Source: Bacteroidaceae bacterium
GTDB lineage: Bacteria > Bacteroidota > Bacteroidia > Bacteroidales > Bacteroidaceae
Direction: 5' to 3'
DNA: 64,000 nucleotides
Assembly (NCBI GenBank): GCA_017445925.1
Contig: JAFSRW010000049.1
Span: 6,384-70,383, forward strand
Positions 59,120-64,000 of the stretch are shown here, one piece after another. The notes beneath the pieces were generated by a model that was not told where the DNA came from, ran no database searches, and worked only from the letters and a program-made list of their open reading frames with translations. The stretch's first letter is position 1. Each line of letters starts with the position of its first letter. The translations under genes and the position numbers were made by a program.

Positions 59120-60463
59120 ATGGCAATGGCAAAGCTTTGGGATAAAGGATTTGAGATTCAAGACAAGATAGAAAGGTTTACTATTGGTCGTGACCGCGAG
59201 ATGGACCTCTATCTGGCAGAAGCCGATGTACTGGGTTCTATGGCTCACATCACTATGCTGGAGAGTATTGGTCTGCTGCAGGCCGACGAGTTGAAGCACC
59301 TCTTGGCTGAACTCAGGAACATTCACGCCCAGATTAAGAGAGGCGAGTTCGTAATTGAAGAAGGTATAGAGGATGTACACTCTCAGGTTGAATTGATGCT
59401 TACCCGCAAGTTGGGCGATATAGGTAAGAAAATTCATTCGGGTCGTAGTCGTAACGACCAGGTATTGGTAGACCTAAAACTCTTTATTCGTCGACAGTTG
59501 AAGGATATTGCCTCTGATGTTATGGAACTCTTCAAGGAGTTGCAGTCGCAGAGCGAACACTACAAGAATGTGCTGATGCCAGGCTATACGCATCTCCAAG
59601 TGGCTATGCCCAGTAGTTTTGGGCTTTGGTTTGGTGCCTACGCCGAGAGTCTGGTGGATGATATGATGTTCCTACAGGCAGCCTTCCGAATGACCAACCG
59701 CAACCCCTTAGGCTCTGCTGCCGGATATGGTAGCAGTTTCCCCTTGAACCGCACCATGACAACAGAACTGCTTGGGTTCGACTCTATGAACTACAACGTG
59801 GTTTATGCGCAGATGGGACGTGGAAAAACAGAGCGTAACGTGGCTTTTGCCCTTGCCAGCATAGCCGGCACCATTAGTAAGTTGGCCTTTGATGCCTGTA
59901 TGTTCAGCAGCCAAAACTTTGCCTTTGTGAAGCTGCCTAACGACTGCACCACAGGTTCCAGTATCATGCCACATAAGAAGAACCCTGATGTTTTTGAGCT
60001 TACTCGCGCCAAGTGCAACAAGTTGCAAGGCCTGCCCCAACAGATTACCCTCATTATGAACAATCTGCCCAGCGGCTATTTTCGCGACTTGCAAATCATA
60101 AAGGAAGTCTTTCTGCCTGCTTTCCAGGAGTTGCGCGACTGCCTGCAGATGACCACATACATTATTAATAAGATAAAGGTGAACGAGGATATCCTGTCTG
60201 ATTCGCGTTACGACCTTATTTTCTCCGTTGAAGAGGTGAATCGCCTGGTTACTGAAGGGATGCCTTTCAGAGACGCTTATAAGAAGGTGGGCTTGGATAT
60301 CGAGGCTGGCAAATTTACACCTTGCAAGGAGGTCCACCATACCCACGAGGGTTCTATCGGCAATCTCTGCACAGAGCAGATTGCTACCCTGATGGATAGT
60401 GTGTGGAAAGGTTTCAACTTTGAGAAGATGGAGAAGGCGGAGAGGGTGCTCATTGAACATTGA
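59120..60463 (+). CDS. argH: argininosuccinate lyase
   Basis: Motifs GRSRNDQV, GYTHLQVAMP and signature GSSIMPHKKNPD. Confidence 0.95.
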   Translation: MAMAKLWDKGFEIQDKIERFTIGRDREMDLYLAEADVLGSMAHITMLESIGLLQADELKHLLAELRNIHAQIKRGEFVIEEGIEDVHSQVELMLTRKLGDIGKKIHSGRSRNDQVLVDLKLFIRRQLKDIASDVMELFKELQSQSEHYKNVLMPGYTHLQVAMPSSFGLWFGAYAESLVDDMMFLQAAFRMTNRNPLGSAAGYGSSFPLNRTMTTELLGFDSMNYNVVYAQMGRGKTERNVAFALASIAGTISKLAFDACMFSSQNFAFVKLPNDCTTGSSIMPHKKNPDVFELTRAKCNKLQGLPQQITLIMNNLPSGYFRDLQIIKEVFLPAFQELRDCLQMTTYIINKIKVNEDILSDSRYDLIFSVEEVNRLVTEGMPFRDAYKKVGLDIEAGKFTPCKEVHHTHEGSIGNLCTEQIATLMDSVWKGFNFEKMEKAERVLIEH

Positions 60464-60538
60464 GCATTGAGCATTGAACATTGAGCATTGAAGATTGAGC
60501 ATTGATCATTGAGCATTTAACATTGAGCATTGAACATT
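60451..60538. repeat. family A heptamer array, about 12.5 units (CATTGAA/CATTGAG variants), the largest in the window
   Basis: Read directly. The argH stop (60461-60463) is the TGA of the second unit. Confidence 0.95.
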
Positions 60539-60542
60539 AGTT

Positions 60543-61091
60543 ATGATGGTGAAACGAATTATTCTTTTATGCTGCCTGTTAGCGGTTTTTGGTTGTCAAG
60601 ATACCGACTACACGTATTGCAATCTACCTGCCAAGTTTATATTTGAGAATACTTACCAGGCGCCTGCCCTCTATACTGCTTGTAATAGTATGGGCGAGTT
60701 CTGTACCATCACTTATTCTAAAGACGGTAAGCAATTTGTTTTCAAAGGTTCGGCCAAGGAACCTTCATACGTTAATCTGACTGCCATTGCCGGCTATACA
60801 GGTTTCCATCTGGGACTTAGCGGACTTATAGTAGGTCTGCCCAATATTCCAGAGATAGGTCAGACGGAGAGCAAGGTGGTATGTTTCGACCTTGCCTGCT
60901 CTAACTGCTATCAGGATTATAATATTACCAAGCCGCTTGTCGTTCAAGAAGGAACTGCTACTTGCAATAGTTGCAAACGCACCTACGACCTCAACAATAC
61001 TGGCTTTATTACTAAGGGCGAAGCAGGCAAGCCTCTTTTCCGTTATCGGGTCAGTTATGTAAACAATACTCTTGTGGTAAGTAACAGATAA
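60543..61091 (+). CDS. lipoprotein of unknown function with C-terminal CxxC..CxxC pair
   Basis: Lipobox MMVKRIILLCCLLAVFGCQD. CSNC..(26 aa)..CNSC suggests a zinc-ribbon-like knuckle. Confidence 0.6.
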   Translation: MMVKRIILLCCLLAVFGCQDTDYTYCNLPAKFIFENTYQAPALYTACNSMGEFCTITYSKDGKQFVFKGSAKEPSYVNLTAIAGYTGFHLGLSGLIVGLPNIPEIGQTESKVVCFDLACSNCYQDYNITKPLVVQEGTATCNSCKRTYDLNNTGFITKGEAGKPLFRYRVSYVNNTLVVSNR

Positions 61092-61157
61092 GTGACATTT
61101 TCTGCGCTTTTTCTGAAAATTTTTCACTTTTCATTTTTCTCTTTTCACTTTTTGCGC

Positions 61158-61165
61158 TATCTTTG
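61158..61165 (+). promoter_or_regulatory. -7 promoter box TAtcTTTG for tRNA-Leu
   Basis: 16 nt upstream of the tRNA 5' end. Confidence 0.45.
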
Positions 61166-61180
61166 CACCCACTTAAGGCT

Positions 61181-61265
61181 GCCCAGATGGTGGAATTGGT
61201 AGACACGAGGGACTTAAAATCCCTTGACCATTGCGGTCGTACGGGTTCGAGTCCCGTTCCGGGCA
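61181..61265 (+). tRNA. tRNA-Leu (anticodon TAA), long variable arm
   Basis: GCCCAGA-TG-GTGG-AATTGGTAGA-CAC. Anticodon arm GGGA-CTTAAAA-TCCC. Variable arm TTGACCATTGCGGTCGT. T arm ACGGG-TTCGAGT-CCCGT. 85 nt, CCA not encoded. Confidence 0.85.
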
Positions 61266-61316
61266 CATTTATTTTAAACTAACACCCCCCATTTATCCGT
61301 TCTTTTTTATTAACCA

Positions 61317-63557
61317 ATGAGAAAGATTCTTATTATAGCCACCATATTCCTTGGTGTCCTATCAGGCCAAGCTCAGGAAAAGGTCATGAATGTTCTTAAG
61401 ACGGATGGTACTACTACCCAGACCCGTGTGGCAGACCTGAAGGAAATCAGCATCCTTTCTGTGGACAAAACCACAATGATTATGAAGACCACTAATGGGG
61501 CTGCCGTTCGTGTCGAAGCGAACGAGGTAGAAGATATAACATTCTCCGATACGTTGTACAACCTCAACAGTACAGGTTACCGCATACTCGAAGCCAACGA
61601 ACTCTGTTGGCCTGAGGACCGCTTGTTGCCCTGCTTTCTCCCACCACAAAGTTCTGTCAGGTCGTTGGATATGAGCGCCGCCAAGCTTAGCGATGAAGAG
61701 CGCGTCATGTTCTGCACGCTGCAGGGCATCATCAATCGCACCCGCCCTCGTATCCTCCTCTACAACCACAACGAGGAGCCGCAAAGTACATGGCCATCGG
61801 CACACAACCTTAAGACCGTTGCCATCCCCACCTCCACGCCCTATGCCCTTGTGAAGCTGTTTAAGGAAGAAATCAATGGCTTAGTGCTCTACAGCAACGA
61901 TCTGTGCAACCATTATTCCAATCTTGCCGTTACCATCGCCGGACTGGACCGCCTGCTTCCTGTGACTGCCGAGGTCAGGGCTAAACTCGTAGCCAATGGT
62001 ATGGACTTCCCCGTTGTGGAAGACCTCACTCCGCTTACGATGTCCACCGCGTATGCTGTTTACAACTATCTCTACAACCACTACTGGAGCCGTTGTAACC
62101 ATCGTCTGCTCATCAGCGAGCGCCCAAACATACCATACGTTCACGATATTGGTGCCGCTTGTGGTTCAGCATGTGTATGGCTCGATCCTCGTAACTCAAG
62201 CGAACGCGTGCTGCTTGACAAAATGCTTAAGGATATGACACCCGGTCGTGACATCGTCCTGGGCTGGTATCCCGAGGAACGCTCCGGCGTAGGCGAAGCT
62301 ACTAAGTACGGCCTTTCAACCGTGCCAGCCGACTTTTTTGAGAATACCACAGTTTACACGGCAGTCAACAAGCCCGTAAAGATACCCCCTGTACCCAAAC
62401 GTCCAAAACTGGAGAACAAGGTATATGCTGCCGTCTATATCAGCGACGGTGACAATATCCAGTACTGCCAGCACGCAATGGCCAAAATCTTCGAGCAGAG
62501 CGGTCGCGGCAAGATGCCCATGAACTGGACCGTAAGCCCAGCCCTGGCCGACTTTTCGCCCATGATGCTGAATTACTATTACCGCAAGGCTACAACCAAC
62601 GACTGCTTCGTTAGCGGTCCCTCTGGCCTGGGTTATGCCATGCCTTACGATGCACACAACACAGTCTATTATGCCAATGCCAATAATAGCAAGTTGATTA
62701 CTCCCTACGCCCAGCTTACCCAGCGTTTCCTTGAGAAGTCCGGACTGCGTGTTATTACCATTTGGGACGACATCAGCGCTATACAACGCAAGGTCTATGC
62801 AGAAAACTGCCCTTATCTCTACGGGCTCACCATTAACGACTGGGAACGACAGTCTGGCCGACTGACTACTAAGGTACAGTCGAACTGGCTGCCCATCACA
62901 GTCCAATATCCTTGTTATGCCAACGGTGTAGATGTCATCACCGACTTCTTCAATCGAGATATCAAGAACTTCAAGGGGAAAGAGCCGATGTTCGTCACAG
63001 GTCAGGCTACCGTGTGGGATGTAGGCCCTGACAAGCTTATCGGCTTGAAGGAAAAACTCGATGCACTCTCGCCAGGCAATATTAAGATAGTTCGTGCTGA
63101 CCACTGGTTCAGCTACTATAATGAGGCTCATCATTTACCTTTCAATATTACCCTGTTGCAGGATATGGAGATAACCTCGTCTCCGACCAAGACAAATGTA
63201 AAGTACGCTGCTAACGGATCGCCATCCGAGGGGTATGTGTGGATTTCCCAAACAACCGACGGAACGGGTTGGGTACAACTGGACTTCAAGGAATCCTATC
63301 AGATTAGCCGTTACGTAGTGCGTCATGCCGAGGCATCTGGCTTGGATCCTCAGCTCAATAGTCGCAACTTCACAGTCGAAACCAGTCTGGACGGCGAGAC
63401 ATGGACTACGGCAGGAACTTACGTTGACAATACAGCACCTGTGACCGAAGCCACCATTACCCCCATCGAGGCACGATACGTGCGAGTGAATGTTACCAAT
63501 GGTGGTGCCGACGGCTACGTCCGCATTGGAGACATCGAGGTATATGGTGCACATTAA
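61317..63557 (+). CDS. secreted GxGYxYP-family putative glycoside hydrolase with C-terminal discoidin (F5/8 type C) domain
   Basis: Signal peptide MRKILIIATIFLGVLSGQAQ. SGPSGLGYAMPYD fits the GxGYxYP motif. The C-terminal ~140 aa is discoidin-like (GWVQLDFKESYQISRYVVRH..ARYVRVNVTNG..IGDIEVYG). Confidence 0.6.
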   Translation: MRKILIIATIFLGVLSGQAQEKVMNVLKTDGTTTQTRVADLKEISILSVDKTTMIMKTTNGAAVRVEANEVEDITFSDTLYNLNSTGYRILEANELCWPEDRLLPCFLPPQSSVRSLDMSAAKLSDEERVMFCTLQGIINRTRPRILLYNHNEEPQSTWPSAHNLKTVAIPTSTPYALVKLFKEEINGLVLYSNDLCNHYSNLAVTIAGLDRLLPVTAEVRAKLVANGMDFPVVEDLTPLTMSTAYAVYNYLYNHYWSRCNHRLLISERPNIPYVHDIGAACGSACVWLDPRNSSERVLLDKMLKDMTPGRDIVLGWYPEERSGVGEATKYGLSTVPADFFENTTVYTAVNKPVKIPPVPKRPKLENKVYAAVYISDGDNIQYCQHAMAKIFEQSGRGKMPMNWTVSPALADFSPMMLNYYYRKATTNDCFVSGPSGLGYAMPYDAHNTVYYANANNSKLITPYAQLTQRFLEKSGLRVITIWDDISAIQRKVYAENCPYLYGLTINDWERQSGRLTTKVQSNWLPITVQYPCYANGVDVITDFFNRDIKNFKGKEPMFVTGQATVWDVGPDKLIGLKEKLDALSPGNIKIVRADHWFSYYNEAHHLPFNITLLQDMEITSSPTKTNVKYAANGSPSEGYVWISQTTDGTGWVQLDFKESYQISRYVVRHAEASGLDPQLNSRNFTVETSLDGETWTTAGTYVDNTAPVTEATITPIEARYVRVNVTNGGADGYVRIGDIEVYGAH

Positions 63558-63580
63558 CTTCAGTCGTGCATATAAGAATT

Positions 63581-63625
63581 CCCCCTCAGTTTCACTTTGA
63601 GATGACTGAGGGGGATTTTTATTTT
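63581..63625 (+). terminator. intrinsic terminator
   Basis: CCCCCTCAGT-(14 nt)-ACTGAGGGGG forms a 10-bp perfect stem followed by ATTTTTATTTT. Confidence 0.75.
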
Positions 63626-63685
63626 GTATAGGGAAACCCCTATCACATTTTCCAGATTCCCCTTTGCAACCCCTAAAACATCATG

Positions 63686-63693
63686 TATCTTTG
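63686..63693 (+). promoter_or_regulatory. -7 promoter box TAtcTTTG for the last gene
   Basis: 47 nt upstream of the ATG at 63740. Confidence 0.45.
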
Positions 63694-63739
63694 CAGCAGA
63701 AAATAGTTCAAAAATTACTAACCCATAAACTCAACAAAT

Positions 63740-64000
63740 ATGAAGCGCATACATTACTTCCTAACGGCTATCAGCATAATGGCATCTGCAGGGATGCTCT
63801 CATCTTGCCAGTATATAGAAGATGACAAGCAGTCTATGGTTCTTTCAGGCGAATGGAGAGGTGATTTCGGCATGTACTACACCTACGTCGACAGATACGG
63901 TTACGAGTACACCTTCGATTGCTACGACTCCTACCTGACTTTTGTTCCTGCCTATTCTCATGCTCATCACGGCACAGGAACGCAAGTCGATTACTACAAC
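63740..64000 (+). CDS. lipoprotein of unknown function, 5' partial (runs off the window)
   Basis: ATG at 63740. Lipobox MKRIHYFLTAISIMASAGMLSSCQ. The frame is open for all 87 codons to the window end. Not in the ORF track because it is truncated. Confidence 0.55.
   Translation, partial: MKRIHYFLTAISIMASAGMLSSCQYIEDDKQSMVLSGEWRGDFGMYYTYVDRYGYEYTFDCYDSYLTFVPAYSHAHHGTGTQVDYYN

Noticed and set aside
59708-60502. 264-aa minus-strand ORF antisense to argH, extending through the heptamer array
   Set aside because: argH motifs are definitive on the plus strand. The N-terminus MLNLQCSMFNAQCSMFN is just the open TCAA strand of the array.
62316-63554. 272-aa and 139-aa minus-strand ORFs inside the GxGYxYP gene
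   Set aside because: Shadow ORFs with no signal peptide, promoter box or motifs.

Overview
The window looks like a 64-kb chromosomal segment of a Bacteroidota genome, probably Prevotella/Segatella-like. That placement is an inference from TAnnTTTG -7 promoter boxes, YDLSGRK...KGIYI.NGKK T9SS-type C-termini, lack of Shine-Dalgarno spacing and gene content.

Contents in order:
- A CarbopepD_reg outer-membrane barrel protein and aroB.
- Three paralogous three-gene cassettes (ECF sigma, single-pass anti-sigma-like protein, secreted ~390-aa protein). Between cassettes 2 and 3 sits a small accessory block: an HU-like protein, an XRE regulator, a TlpA-like thioredoxin protein and an AbiEi/AbiEii pair.
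- A minus-strand glycan-degradation operon (GH20, a dual esterase, GH95, GH78). It is divergent from a GH2 gene that carries an in-frame TAG.
- tRNA-Lys, an AI-2E transporter, rsmI, a coiled-coil lipoprotein, hflX and class I fumarase.
- A locus encoding a 3153-aa LamG-rich T9SS protein and a 436-aa T9SS partner. Adjacent genes encode an arylsulfotransferase-like lipoprotein, a C1 peptidase, a membrane-anchored AraC regulator and a CotH-like T9SS protein.
- The conserved rsfS-ftsH-cdsA block, tRNA-Gln, pyrE, an SRPBCC-like protein, argH, tRNA-Leu, and a GxGYxYP/discoidin protein.

The most unusual signal is not a gene. Two families of micro-repeats lie both between genes and in frame inside genes.
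- Family A is period-7 (TTGANNN)n arrays. They follow a strict strand rule: all three frames are closed on the TTGA strand and open on the complementary strand.
- Family B is a ~35-nt C-run/ATAGA/G-run hairpin element. A related 90-nt MITE-like copy is inserted in frame in the AraC regulator.

No rRNA, CRISPR array, integrase or transposase was seen.
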